From: Candidatus Woesearchaeota archaeon
GTDB taxonomy: Archaea; Nanobdellota; Nanobdellia; SCGC-AAA011-G17; PNOQ01
Direction of reading: 5' to 3'
DNA length: 33,759 nucleotides
Assembly: GCA_043812195.1 (NCBI GenBank)
Contig: JBDRML010000041.1
Location: forward strand, 1-33,759
Part shown: in pieces, positions 9,805-19,774 of the stretch
Numbering within the stretch: the stretch's first letter is position 1
Layout: every line of letters begins with the position of its first letter
The notes under the pieces: model-generated
Seen by the model: the letters and a program-made list of their open reading frames with translations, nothing else
The model's database searches: none
Told to the model about the DNA's origin: nothing
Translations under genes and position numbers: made by a program

Positions 9805-10425
9805 ATGATTAAAAAACTAAAATCTTTTTTTTACAGAATATTCAAAAAAAGGAAGCATATCAAACTGGGTTTCTACGGGCCGCCGAATGCTGGTAAGACC
9901 ACTTTGTGTAATAAAATATGCGAAGATTGGATTGGTGAAGAAATGGGTTCTGTTTCTAAAATCCCTCACGAAACAAGAGAGATTAAAATAAAAGAAAAAG
10001 TAACCATGAAATCTAATGGAAAAGAACTTTCTTTCAATATTATAGACACACCTGGAATCGCAACAAAAGTAGACTATGAAGATTTCATGAAATTCAAAGT
10101 CAATAGAAAAGATGCAAGAAAAAGAGCCAGAGAAGCAACAAAAGGAGTTATAGAAGCAATCAAATGGTTAGACAATGTAGACTGCGTGATTGTAGTTTTA
10201 GATGCAACTAAAAATCCTTACTCACAAGTTAACATAACTATTATAGGAAATTTAGCAGCAAGAGACATTCCTGTATTAATAGTAGCAAACAAAATAGATT
10301 TAAAATCAGCTAATGTAAAGAAAGTAGAAGCTGCATTTCCACAATATCCTGTTATAGCTATCTCAGCAGAAATGAGAGAAAATATTGAAAACTTTTATAA
10401 AGAGGTATTTAAATTAGTTAAGTGA
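9805..10425 (+). CDS. oapA: Archaeal small GTPase OapA/ArvA (Era-like)
   Basis: G1 GPPNAGKT, G2 HETR, G3 DTPG, G4 NKID, G5 ISA; followed by DUF2073 and Zn-ribbon genes. Confidence 0.85.
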   Translation: MIKKLKSFFYRIFKKRKHIKLGFYGPPNAGKTTLCNKICEDWIGEEMGSVSKIPHETREIKIKEKVTMKSNGKELSFNIIDTPGIATKVDYEDFMKFKVNRKDARKRAREATKGVIEAIKWLDNVDCVIVVLDATKNPYSQVNITIIGNLAARDIPVLIVANKIDLKSANVKKVEAAFPQYPVIAISAEMRENIENFYKEVFKLVK

Positions 10426-10426
10426 A

Positions 10427-10807
10427 ATGATTTCATTCCAATATATCCCTTATAGAGAACATTCAAGATTGGATACTGAAAAAAAATTAAGCAAAATTTT
10501 AAAAATAGTAAGAAAAGATAAGATAGTTCTAATGCAGGGCAGATTAAAATCTTCAGAAGAAGCACAATTAATAGAAAGAACCATGGGACAAATCACAAAA
10601 GATTTCCCAGGAATTTCATTCTGCACCATATACCCAGAAAATAACAATACTAAAAAACCCAACCAGATTCAAACAAAATTAAAAAACTTAATTTATAATT
10701 TAATATTAGGTAACAGAGATTGCTTAACTATTGTTGGTCCTGCATCGATCGTGACCGAAATTAGAAAAAATCCAAATAAGATAGATTTATTAACAAAATC
10801 TATCTAA
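10427..10807 (+). CDS. oapB: DUF2073 family protein OapB/ArvB
   Basis: KIVLMQGRLKSSEEAQLIERTM...FPGI...LTIVGPA pattern; synteny. Confidence 0.8.
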   Translation: MISFQYIPYREHSRLDTEKKLSKILKIVRKDKIVLMQGRLKSSEEAQLIERTMGQITKDFPGISFCTIYPENNNTKKPNQIQTKLKNLIYNLILGNRDCLTIVGPASIVTEIRKNPNKIDLLTKSI

Positions 10808-10817
10808 CCCCAAACAT

Positions 10818-11207
10818 ATGCCTCACCAATGTGTCAGATGTGGAAAATTATATGAAGATGGAACTCCCCATTTATTAAAGGGGTGTACAGATTGTGATGG
10901 CAAGTTTTTCTTCTTTATTAAAAAGTCTTCAGTTGAAAAAGCTCAGAAAATTTCAGAATCTCTAACACCTGATGATAGAAAACATGTAGAGCAAGAAGTC
11001 CAAAAAATTTTAGAACAATCAGATGAGGATACAGATTCACCAGTATTTTTAGATATAGAAAATATTAGAGTTCCACAAGTAGGAAAATATGAAATAGACA
11101 TAGTAGACATGTTCAAAGGTAAACCAATAGTAGCCAAATTAGGAGAAGGCAAATATATAATAGATATTATTTCTGCATTTAAAGAGTCTATTGGAAAGAA
11201 AAAGTAA
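10818..11207 (+). CDS. oapC: Zn-ribbon protein OapC/ArvC (DUF2072)
   Basis: MPHQCVRCGKLY...LKGCTDCDGKFFFF and GKYEID...GKYIIDI. Confidence 0.85.
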   Translation: MPHQCVRCGKLYEDGTPHLLKGCTDCDGKFFFFIKKSSVEKAQKISESLTPDDRKHVEQEVQKILEQSDEDTDSPVFLDIENIRVPQVGKYEIDIVDMFKGKPIVAKLGEGKYIIDIISAFKESIGKKK

Positions 11208-11738
11208 TTAATTTATCTTTATTTGTATAGGAACCTCAACACCTCCCCAATATAATAAATTTAATTCACCCATAATTCGATATCTGCCAGATTTTACTAG
11301 AAAATCATCATTTTCTGCAGGAGTTCCATTATCATTTTTCATATTCCAATAGGTCTGAAATTTCTTAGTTTCATAAGCATCTAAACTAAAATCTATTATT
11401 GTATCACAAGAAGACATAATCCGAATATTCTTCCAAACCTCATCGCTATCTTGTTCAACACAAAATTTATACATTAACGTATTTTCACAGGCCATAATCG
11501 GCCCCAAACTTAATCTTCTCTCTGTTAAATTAGATACACTATAAGTAAGATCAACAATTTCATTGAGACTGTAAATATATTTATCTGCTTCCATACGATA
11601 AAGAACATCATGATATGTAATTGAATTGACATTAGTAAGGGAGACCGGTATTTCTGGTCTTGTAACACCACTTCCACACCCGTTTAGTATAGGTAATCCT
11701 AAAAGAATTGTTGCAAGAGCTTTTCCAATTTTTCTCAT
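11208..11738 (-). CDS. Lipoprotein with BsuPI-like Ig-fold (proteinase inhibitor-like) domain
   Basis: Probable start MRKIGK, lipobox LNG-C; DKYIYSLNE...SVSNLT...ETKKFQTYWNMKNDNG...SGRY pattern; paralog of 14506-15039. Confidence 0.6.
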   Translation of the reverse strand: MRKIGKALATILLGLPILNGCGSGVTRPEIPVSLTNVNSITYHDVLYRMEADKYIYSLNEIVDLTYSVSNLTERRLSLGPIMACENTLMYKFCVEQDSDEVWKNIRIMSSCDTIIDFSLDAYETKKFQTYWNMKNDNGTPAENDDFLVKSGRYRIMGELNLLYWGGVEVPIQIKIN

Positions 11739-11819
11739 GTTTATTCCCAATTTTCTAAATTTTAAAGTTATATTTAAATCTTTCTATTTTTTACCATGGG
11801 CATGTAGTAAAAATAGAGA

Positions 11820-14426
11820 TTAATAAAGTTTAGATGTAAATATTCTTTTTATTATATTTAATATTTTATCAATTGTATTTTGTTTATTTGAATAAAGTGG
11901 GCCACCTTCTGAAATCATTGCTTGTTCATATGGCAAACTTTTTCCACCAGGACAATAACCACACTCTAAGCATGCATCTGAACAACAATCTCCATATTCA
12001 ACGCATAAAGAATCACACCAGCAACCCCCGGGAGCAAGTTCATCACACTCAGTAGCCTGACAACCACAGTCTATAGGACAATTGATGTCTGTTTCTCCTT
12101 CTTGACATTCTCCATTTCCACAGCTAGGACAAGCACCGCAATCTTCAGGACAAGTTGAACAAATTTCATTGTCATTACACTCTCCATCACCACATTCCAG
12201 CCCCACATAACAAAAATCATAATTAATATCAGAACAATTAAAAACTTCACCAAATTTATTGCCATATCCCCAAAAATTGTTAATACTATTACCTGAGCAA
12301 TATAAATCATAATAACTATTATTACAAGCCACATTATAATCTATAACATTATAAATGTCATAAAAATTAGATTCGCATACGATACCATAATCACTACCCG
12401 ACACTATGTTACCATGAATATAATTGTAGTTCACGTAATCATATAAATGTATTCCAACAAATGTATTATTAATATTATTATTATAAATATCAGAGTCTTC
12501 ACTATAAGTTATCCAAATTCCGCGTCGAAAATTCTCAATTAAACAATTTTCCACTTTAGCCCCATATCGCCCTTCGACTGATACCCCATTACTATTACCA
12601 ACACCAGTAAGCTTATGTCCATTACAATCTAAAGTTACGTCATTTCTAACTATCTCCAAACCATTTTCCACACAATTAATAATATCATTTTGAAGTATAG
12701 TGTCTCTAAATATCTTGTTTCCACATTCACAATTACCATCACAAGAACAAGAATAATAATCAATATTATCACAACCAGATCCAACTAAAAAATTATTATC
12801 ATAACCAGTATTGTCTGTAGGTATATTTACACAAACCAAATCTCTATCATTATCACAACCAAAATTATATGAGATATGATTATTGTGAACATCGTTACCA
12901 CCTAAATAAATACCATCACCATTATTTGATAGTGTGTTTGAATTAATTTCATTATTAGATGAACTATAAACTAAACTTATTCCTCTTGCATTATTGATAA
13001 GTCTATTTTCATACAAATAAGCATCTGAACTATCTAACAATGAAATACCCACATTAAAATTAGATATTTCACAATTTCTAATATTTACATTATTCTTATT
13101 ATTAATATTAATCCCGAGTCCCTCCCCAATACCATTAATCCTATGTCCATCACAATCTATAGTGATATCATCAGCACCAATTATAACACCATCAGCACTA
13201 CAATCAATCAAATCATAGTTCAACACAACATTAGTTCTAATTTCATCCCCACAGCCATACGTCCTTTTTATTGGATAAGGAGTCACAAGCTTAAGATAAT
13301 TATCTCCGTCTATTTTAACACATTCAGCACAGGGAGAATAATCATTTAGAGAGCTATAAAAAGATGATCCAGCTGTCCAACCAATATCCATAAGTTGAAA
13401 CATTCTATTTTGCCACATAACAGCATAATCCCAACAAATATCACATTGGTCTTCATGCATTTTACAATATCCAACCGTTACACTTCCAATATCTCGGCCC
13501 TTCCTGAAAGCATAAGAAAAACTTCCAGGTCCAGTGTAACACATTCCATCACAACTACCTATAAAAGTAAAAGGCATAGCTGGATAATCCTCAATCCATT
13601 CCCCAACTTCATATGCACTAGTATATTCATAATGTTCTCCATTTATACAACCACTATTAAAACTCAAGCTATCACCATGTGCTGTCTCATAAAATACAGC
13701 AGTATCATACGATTCTATATGGCTCCTTACTTTACTTTCAGTAGGCCACACTTCATAATTCGTAGAATATCCCATAGCATCAAACCAATACCTAGCATTT
13801 TCTGCCTGCCCGCTCCATAAACCACTACAGGGTTGTTCATGTTGTGGTCCAGTTAATGAAAATCCTGTATATGGTGGTGGAATTCCATAACCTAAAAATT
13901 CTCCAGTTATGGCATCAATAACTGAAATAATCAATTCATAATCATAGATGCTTCTTACTACCCAAGATGGATCTTTAGGGGTTGGCTCAATTAGATAAAC
14001 ATCAGATTCTGGTGATATAATATAAAGACTACTTCTTAGAGGAATCCCTTTCACTTTAGATTCGGCTTCATCCTTAGAAACTTTAATTTTAGGCAACTTA
14101 TTAGGGATATCATCTCTCCAATGTCTATTAATTTCAACAAATTTATCTAAATCTTGATCCCAGTTATATATTAATAGATCTTTCTCAACAATAGCATCTC
14201 CTAGTTTTCTTTGATAATAATATACATCAATATCATTGATTACTGTTCTTTCAAAGGGTATTCCTTCTGGAAGAGATGTGAGATACTCTAATTCAGGCAA
14301 ATCTTTTATTGCAGAATCTTGTATCGGAGAAAGGAACTTTTTACCAAAATCAGTTTCACAGCCAGATATAAATACTAACACAACAATAAATATAATAAGT
14401 TCAATTGATATTTTTTTAATTATCAT
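11820..14426 (-). CDS. Large secreted lipoprotein: putative clan CD (gingipain/caspase-like) domain, two NosD/parallel beta-helix blocks and a Cys-rich tail
   Basis: Lipobox ISG-C; YETAHG and FIGSC dyad-like motifs; two DC[DN]GH-initiated beta-helix blocks; CGDGEC/CGNGEC repeats; somatomedin-B-like CWCDSLCVEYGDCCSD. Confidence 0.7.
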   Translation of the reverse strand: MIIKKISIELIIFIVVLVFISGCETDFGKKFLSPIQDSAIKDLPELEYLTSLPEGIPFERTVINDIDVYYYQRKLGDAIVEKDLLIYNWDQDLDKFVEINRHWRDDIPNKLPKIKVSKDEAESKVKGIPLRSSLYIISPESDVYLIEPTPKDPSWVVRSIYDYELIISVIDAITGEFLGYGIPPPYTGFSLTGPQHEQPCSGLWSGQAENARYWFDAMGYSTNYEVWPTESKVRSHIESYDTAVFYETAHGDSLSFNSGCINGEHYEYTSAYEVGEWIEDYPAMPFTFIGSCDGMCYTGPGSFSYAFRKGRDIGSVTVGYCKMHEDQCDICWDYAVMWQNRMFQLMDIGWTAGSSFYSSLNDYSPCAECVKIDGDNYLKLVTPYPIKRTYGCGDEIRTNVVLNYDLIDCSADGVIIGADDITIDCDGHRINGIGEGLGININNKNNVNIRNCEISNFNVGISLLDSSDAYLYENRLINNARGISLVYSSSNNEINSNTLSNNGDGIYLGGNDVHNNHISYNFGCDNDRDLVCVNIPTDNTGYDNNFLVGSGCDNIDYYSCSCDGNCECGNKIFRDTILQNDIINCVENGLEIVRNDVTLDCNGHKLTGVGNSNGVSVEGRYGAKVENCLIENFRRGIWITYSEDSDIYNNNINNTFVGIHLYDYVNYNYIHGNIVSGSDYGIVCESNFYDIYNVIDYNVACNNSYYDLYCSGNSINNFWGYGNKFGEVFNCSDINYDFCYVGLECGDGECNDNEICSTCPEDCGACPSCGNGECQEGETDINCPIDCGCQATECDELAPGGCWCDSLCVEYGDCCSDACLECGYCPGGKSLPYEQAMISEGGPLYSNKQNTIDKILNIIKRIFTSKLY

Positions 14427-14505
14427 TACCTCTCAATGAAATTTTTATATATTCTGGCTTTTATAATTTTCTATTTCCCTAATCAAAGAAATAAAATATC
14501 AAAAG

Positions 14506-15039
14506 TTATTCTATAATATGAATCGGTATCTCAAGACCAACCCTTTCAAGACCATTATATTCTCTTAACGCACCCTTCACAAGATACGTTCCAGTATCTG
14601 CAGGAAAATCATCTTCAGGATATGGTGTCCCATTATCATTTCTCAAATTCCATATTACACAAAATTCTTTAGTCTCATTAGGATTTAAATAAAGTTTAAC
14701 AAAATCAGAATCTGGAATGTCATAAAAATTTCTCCAGATTTGACCACCAGCTTCTTTCTCAACAGAAAAGTCACATTTAGCATACTCCACATCAACCACT
14801 TCACATATCTCTCTTCTTTTGTCAACTAGATTAGTTATACTATAACAAACTTGCATAGAATCTTCTCCTTGAATATAAGCTTGTTTATCCGTTCTTATCC
14901 AATATTCTATATTATCCCTAACAGAATGACTAGGATTAATATTTCTTTGAGATATCACAGGATTTTTATCACAACCACTTGCTAACAAAGTTACTCCTAA
15001 AACAAGTCCCGCTAGCCCTAAAAAGGCATTTTGTTTCAT
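14506..15039 (-). CDS. Lipoprotein with BsuPI-like domain (paralog of 11208-11738)
   Basis: Lipobox ASG-C; TDKQAYIQGE...SITNL...NETKEFCVIWNLRNDNGTP...GTYLVKG. Confidence 0.6.
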   Translation of the reverse strand: MKQNAFLGLAGLVLGVTLLASGCDKNPVISQRNINPSHSVRDNIEYWIRTDKQAYIQGEDSMQVCYSITNLVDKRREICEVVDVEYAKCDFSVEKEAGGQIWRNFYDIPDSDFVKLYLNPNETKEFCVIWNLRNDNGTPYPEDDFPADTGTYLVKGALREYNGLERVGLEIPIHIIE

Positions 15040-15185
15040 TTTTTATAAAATAATTTAATTATTTATAAACCTTTCCATTTTGTTATCACTAATTAGAAAT
15101 TATATTTGCTTTAAATCAAAGTTGTTTCATAGAGAAGATATGATTTTTTACCACTACTATTCTTTCACTATTTAAATAGTCTTAT

Positions 15186-15317
15186 CCAAAAACAGGCAAA
15201 TACGAAATAGACATAATTGATATGTTCAAAGGAAAGCCAATTGTCTGCAAAGTAGGCGAAGGCAAATACGTAATAGATATTATTTCTGCATTCAAAGAAA
15301 CTGAAAAGAAAAAGTAA
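15186..15317 (+). repeat. Diverged direct-repeat copy of the oapC 3' end (partner 11073-11207)
   Basis: PKTGKYEIDIIDMFKGKPIVCKVGEGKYVIDIISAFKETEKKK* versus PQVGKYEIDIVDMFKGKPIVAKLGEGKYIIDIISAFKESIGKKK*; about 35/43 aa identical by hand count; no 5' part. Confidence 0.92.
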
Positions 15318-15381
15318 CCACCTTTAAGAAGTAAAAAATAGAAAGATTTAAAAAGGTAACAAATATAAAAATATTATAAAA

Positions 15382-15960
15382 ATGCTAAAAAAAATTAATA
15401 CCATTAACACTAACAGCTCTAATAGGATTAGCACCATTAGCAAATGCTAAAAGAGATTTTAGTGCATATTTTACTACAGAAACAAGTTCTCCAGAAACCT
15501 CGAAATAGGTGTATTTTATACTCCAGTTACATCAGAATATTTTAGATTAGGAATACATGGATCAATTAGAAGAGAGAAAAGTCTTCCATATCTATCAGGA
15601 GGAACAGTTGGAGTTAGGTTGGGAACAGAAATAAACCCAATTAACCTAATTGTTGATGAAAGAAACCCAATTTATCTAACTGTTGGTACAAAAGGGCAAT
15701 TTTATTTCACTCTTCCAGGAGAAGTAGATAAAGATAATGATGGGACAATTGATGGACCAGCAGAGATCGGCACAATAGGACTTTTTCAAGTGTATTGTGC
15801 AAAAAAATTATACAAAGGAATAGAATTAATAGGAGCTTACTCATTTAAACATATAAATTTTAAAAGTGATATCAAAAACTTAAAAACTAAATTTCCCATC
15901 AATGAAAATAAACTAGAAGTAGGTCTAAGAATTTCAACAAATCTTAAAATTAAAAAATAG
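15382..15960 (+). pseudogene. Doubly frameshifted secreted beta-strand-rich protein
   Basis: ATG 15382, shift in an A8 run gives signal peptide KLIPLTLTALIGLAPLANA; second shift near 15500 joins the frame of track ORF 15619-15960. Confidence 0.65.
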
Positions 15961-16094
15961 ATAAATCTATCTAATCATTATATCTGCACCAATCTCGTGA
16001 GGAAGGTATTCGTTATAATATATATTATTAGTAAATTCCCCCCCCAGGAACAAAATCATCCATGCTGAAGGTGCCTCCTATTTGTTTAGAATAA

Positions 16095-16304
16095 TGCATA
16101 AAAGTTGTTGCAAAATTTGTTGAAGTACTTTGTTATAATACTCCTTTACCAAGACAATCTGGACACGGAACTGTGTGGTGTGATAATATTAAAATAAAAG
16201 AAAGATTATCAGGGGGAAAACCAACACTTCCATATGATACTCCATCTAATGAAAATTCTCAATTAGGCGTTAATATACCTATAAAAATTAAGTATTCCAG
16301 ATAA
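16095..16304 (+). pseudogene. Orphan 3' fragment of a probable secreted protein
   Basis: Frame without an upstream start, ...GHGTVWCDNIKIKERLSGGKPTLPYDTPSNENSQLGVNIPIKIKYSR*; CBM-like last strand plus GGK-LPY motif. Confidence 0.5.
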
Positions 16305-16470
16305 AAAATTTCTGTTAAATAATAACAAAAGGTCATGGCCATAAACAAAAGTAATCTGGTGCATTAATTGGGCTTTAGCAACAGTTAAAATCAAAGTTTT
16401 GAAGATATGTTATTACTCTAAGATAGAAAATAAAAAAGTTTATAAGGGGGGTTTTATTTTCAAATTTAAT

Positions 16471-17607
16471 ATGTTAGGTCCATACACTACAAACAAAGAT
16501 GGAACAATTTCCTACAAGGGAAATAAAGTGTTTAAACCTATAAAAAATATCAATTCTATAGATGTTCCTATTGAGGAATTTGAAAAAAGAGTAGAACAGT
16601 TTAATACAGATAAAATGTGGGGGCATATAGCGAAGATCAACCATCAAATAAATATGTCAGCAAATTTATACTTCGAAGAATTAGGTTCAACATTTACAGC
16701 ATTGCCTTCAACAACTAGGATGATTTCATCACCAGGAGCAGTGTATAGCAAAGAAGCTGTTAATTATACAACAGATACGTGCCCTATAACTATTAAATGG
16801 TTTGAGTTGCCAAATGAGGCATTTCTTTCAGAATCTTCACAAATCTATTTAGAATTAGCTTTAATGCAAAAAGGAATAGATAGTGTTTATTCAATTTATA
16901 ATTCTTTCAGAAAAGAAAAAGCAGATGCAACACATCTGTCTGAATTTCACCACATTGAATATGAAGGAAAAGTAGACCAAATAAAGAACGAAACAATTGC
17001 TTTGGGTTTAATAAAAAGAATAATTTTAGACCTTTTAAAAAATAATAAGGAAGATTTAGAATATTTTTTATCTAATGAAAGACTAAAAGAACTTGAAGAA
17101 TTTGCAGAGAAAATAATGGATATTCCAAAAATTACATTTAAAGAAGCACTTAACTTACTTTTTAAAGAGACAGGCAATAAAAAATATAAGGAGTTTAGTC
17201 TTAAACATTTTAAATCCTGGGAAGAGGTCAAAATAACAGAAATATTAGGCAATATGATTTTAATTAGAGAATTTCCTCTATTAGAAGTGCCTTTTTATCA
17301 TGCAGTTGTTGATGGAAGAGAACCAAAAGTGGCTAATAATGCTGATATAATCTGGTCAGGGTATAGAGAAATAATTGGAAGCGGTCATAGAGTAAGATCA
17401 GAAAAAGAACTTGAAGAAAAATCAGAAATATTTAATCTTCCTAAAGAAGATTATGAACCTTATCTTCAGACAAGAAAATCAAAAAATTATAAAGCAACAT
17501 CTGGTTTTGGGCTTGGTTGGGAAAGATTATTACAAGGGCTTTTAGAAATGCCTTTCATATGGAGTGCTAACCAATTTCCAAGAGTTGATGGGACTTTGAA
17601 ACCTTAA
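16471..17607 (+). CDS. Class IIb aaRS catalytic-domain paralog (AsnRS/AspRS-like, no anticodon-binding domain; asparagine synthetase-like)
   Basis: LSESSQIYLE, motif 2 SFRKEKADATHLSEFHHIEYE, EIIGSGHR, motif 3 GFGLGWERLL; no OB fold; ATG 16471 after TATA-like aagtttataa preferred over TTG 16399. Confidence 0.85.
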   Translation: MLGPYTTNKDGTISYKGNKVFKPIKNINSIDVPIEEFEKRVEQFNTDKMWGHIAKINHQINMSANLYFEELGSTFTALPSTTRMISSPGAVYSKEAVNYTTDTCPITIKWFELPNEAFLSESSQIYLELALMQKGIDSVYSIYNSFRKEKADATHLSEFHHIEYEGKVDQIKNETIALGLIKRIILDLLKNNKEDLEYFLSNERLKELEEFAEKIMDIPKITFKEALNLLFKETGNKKYKEFSLKHFKSWEEVKITEILGNMILIREFPLLEVPFYHAVVDGREPKVANNADIIWSGYREIIGSGHRVRSEKELEEKSEIFNLPKEDYEPYLQTRKSKNYKATSGFGLGWERLLQGLLEMPFIWSANQFPRVDGTLKP

Positions 17608-17608
17608 A

Positions 17609-18445
17609 ATGGAAATAGAAAAATTAACTGCTAAAGATATAGAAGGGATGGATTATAACCAATTAATAGGTTTAACCAAGGAAACAAATAGGATTCCAGG
17701 TGGAAGAAAAACTGTATTTGAAATTGCCAATAGGATTTGTTTGGATAGAAAAAGCAAGGTATTAGAAATTGGAACTAGCACCGGGTTTACTGCAATTGAA
17801 CTGAGCAAATTAGTAAGATGTAAGATAACTTCAATTGATATTAATGAAATGAGTTTAAAAGAAGCTGAAAAGAGAGCAATTTCAGAAGGCTTTGATGATA
17901 TAAAATTCTTAAAGGCAGATATTAATGAACTCCCCTTTGAGAATGAAAGATTTGATTTAGTAATTATTGGAAATGTACTTTCATTAATGTCAAATAAAGA
18001 AAAATCTTTCAATGAATGTAGGAGAGTATGTAAAAAAAGCGGATTTATTGTTTCTGTTCCAATGTTCTATGTTGAGACTCCTTCAGAAAAAATTATTAGG
18101 TCTATTTCTAGGGCAATTCAAGTAAATATTAGCCCTTTATATAAGAAAGATTGGGATGTTTTCTTTAATATTCCTGAATTAGAAGTGTACTTCAGTGAAG
18201 ACTATAAATTTGATTATATAGGGGATGATGCAATTGAAAAATTTGTTGAAGAGATATTAAAAAGAGAGCACCTTAAAAAATTAGATAAAGAAGCATTAGA
18301 AGTTTTAAATAAGAAATATAAGGATTATATGTTCTTATTTAGGGATAATCTCTCGAAAATGGGTTTTAGTATTGTTATTTTATCCAACAAGAGGCTTTGG
18401 GAAGATCCAGAATTATATACCTCTAAAAAGATTGTAAAAATATAA
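17609..18445 (+). CDS. Class I SAM-dependent methyltransferase
   Basis: Motif I VLEIGTSTG, ITSIDIN, ADINELPFENERFDLV, RRVCKKSG. Confidence 0.9.
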   Translation: MEIEKLTAKDIEGMDYNQLIGLTKETNRIPGGRKTVFEIANRICLDRKSKVLEIGTSTGFTAIELSKLVRCKITSIDINEMSLKEAEKRAISEGFDDIKFLKADINELPFENERFDLVIIGNVLSLMSNKEKSFNECRRVCKKSGFIVSVPMFYVETPSEKIIRSISRAIQVNISPLYKKDWDVFFNIPELEVYFSEDYKFDYIGDDAIEKFVEEILKREHLKKLDKEALEVLNKKYKDYMFLFRDNLSKMGFSIVILSNKRLWEDPELYTSKKIVKI

Positions 18446-18448
18446 AAA

Positions 18449-19765
18449 ATGGCAAGAGTAAAATCTAACCAAATTCAAGAACTTCCTTTAGAGACCAGAG
18501 TAAGTTTAAAGGGGAGGATTATCTTAAAAAGGGATTTTGGAAAGAGAGTTTTTTACACATTAAAGGATGATGAGGGATTAGTTCAAGTTTCTTTAGAAAG
18601 AGGCTCTTTCGAAAAAGAAGAGAATTATAAAGAATTAAAAAAAGGATTGAGTATTGGGGACATTGTAAGTCTTGATGGAATAACGAGTCTTTCAAATACT
18701 GGAACACCAACATTAGCAATAGCAGAGGTGGATATTTTGACAAAATGTAGAAAGCTTTTACCAGATAAGGATAAGGGTTTAAATAATTATAATCAGTATA
18801 CTAATAGAGGTTTACATTTATTGACGGACAAGAATGCTTTAAGTAAATTTAGGAGACTTAATTTTCTCAGAAGATCGGTTCGAGATTATTTACACCAACA
18901 AGGATATGAAGAAGTAGACACAGGCATACTTAAATCAGTTTCTGATACTTCAATGTCTGCGGAATTTGTAACCACTGGAAATTGGACATCCTCTCCACTA
19001 TATTTAAGAAAATCTACTGAAATGAGGTTAAAACAATTAATGGTTGGAGGATTAGAAAAGATATTTGAATTAGGAAAAGAATTTAGAAACGAAGGAGTTT
19101 CATCACAATTTTTACCTGAATTCACTGCATTAGAATTGTATGGGGCATATTTAGATTATAAAGATATATTAAATTTAACTGTTGGGATGATGGATAGGAT
19201 TAATGAAGAAGTTGGAGAACCAGAATCAAAACCTACCCATTTTTGGGAAGTGTTCTTATATGGTTTTATTCAGGAAGAAACAAAGACTGATATGAGGGAT
19301 GCTTCTTTAGAACAAATTAAGGAATTAATACATCCAGAGATCTTTAAAGAATATTCAAATCATCCAGCAATGAGAGCCTTTTATATTTATGACACTTTTA
19401 GGAGCCTTCTAAAAAAATATCCTGAACAAAATATTGTACTTCATGGAGTTCCTTTAGAAGTTTCTCCATTAGCAAAAACATTTGACAATGAACCAACACT
19501 AGTGGAAGAGTTTAGATACTTTGTTAAAGGTACTTCTTTTTGTGGTGGGATGACGGAGTTAACAGATCCACAAGAGCAATGTAGAAGGATAACTAATCAA
19601 GCAGAATATCTTGGAAAATCATTAGATGATATTGATAACCAATTTACTGAATTATTAGAATATGGATTACCCCCTTGTGGTGGATTAGGGCTAAGTCTAG
19701 AAAGGCTTATGATGATTTATGCAGAAACAAAAAATATAAAAGAGGTTGTATATTTTCCCTTATAA
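18449..19765 (+). CDS. Class II lysyl-tRNA synthetase-like protein, divergent paralog
   Basis: N-terminal OB fold (GRIILKRDFGK...IGDIV), LKQLMVGGLEKIFELGKEFRNEG, motif 3 YGLPPCGGLGLSLERL...VVYFP. Confidence 0.85.
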   Translation: MARVKSNQIQELPLETRVSLKGRIILKRDFGKRVFYTLKDDEGLVQVSLERGSFEKEENYKELKKGLSIGDIVSLDGITSLSNTGTPTLAIAEVDILTKCRKLLPDKDKGLNNYNQYTNRGLHLLTDKNALSKFRRLNFLRRSVRDYLHQQGYEEVDTGILKSVSDTSMSAEFVTTGNWTSSPLYLRKSTEMRLKQLMVGGLEKIFELGKEFRNEGVSSQFLPEFTALELYGAYLDYKDILNLTVGMMDRINEEVGEPESKPTHFWEVFLYGFIQEETKTDMRDASLEQIKELIHPEIFKEYSNHPAMRAFYIYDTFRSLLKKYPEQNIVLHGVPLEVSPLAKTFDNEPTLVEEFRYFVKGTSFCGGMTELTDPQEQCRRITNQAEYLGKSLDDIDNQFTELLEYGLPPCGGLGLSLERLMMIYAETKNIKEVVYFPL

Positions 19766-19774
19766 AGATAAAAA

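Noticed and set aside
15186-15317. Duplicated 3' ends as DGR template/variable repeats
   Set aside because: Differences are not adenine-specific, are mostly synonymous, and there is no reverse transcriptase in the window
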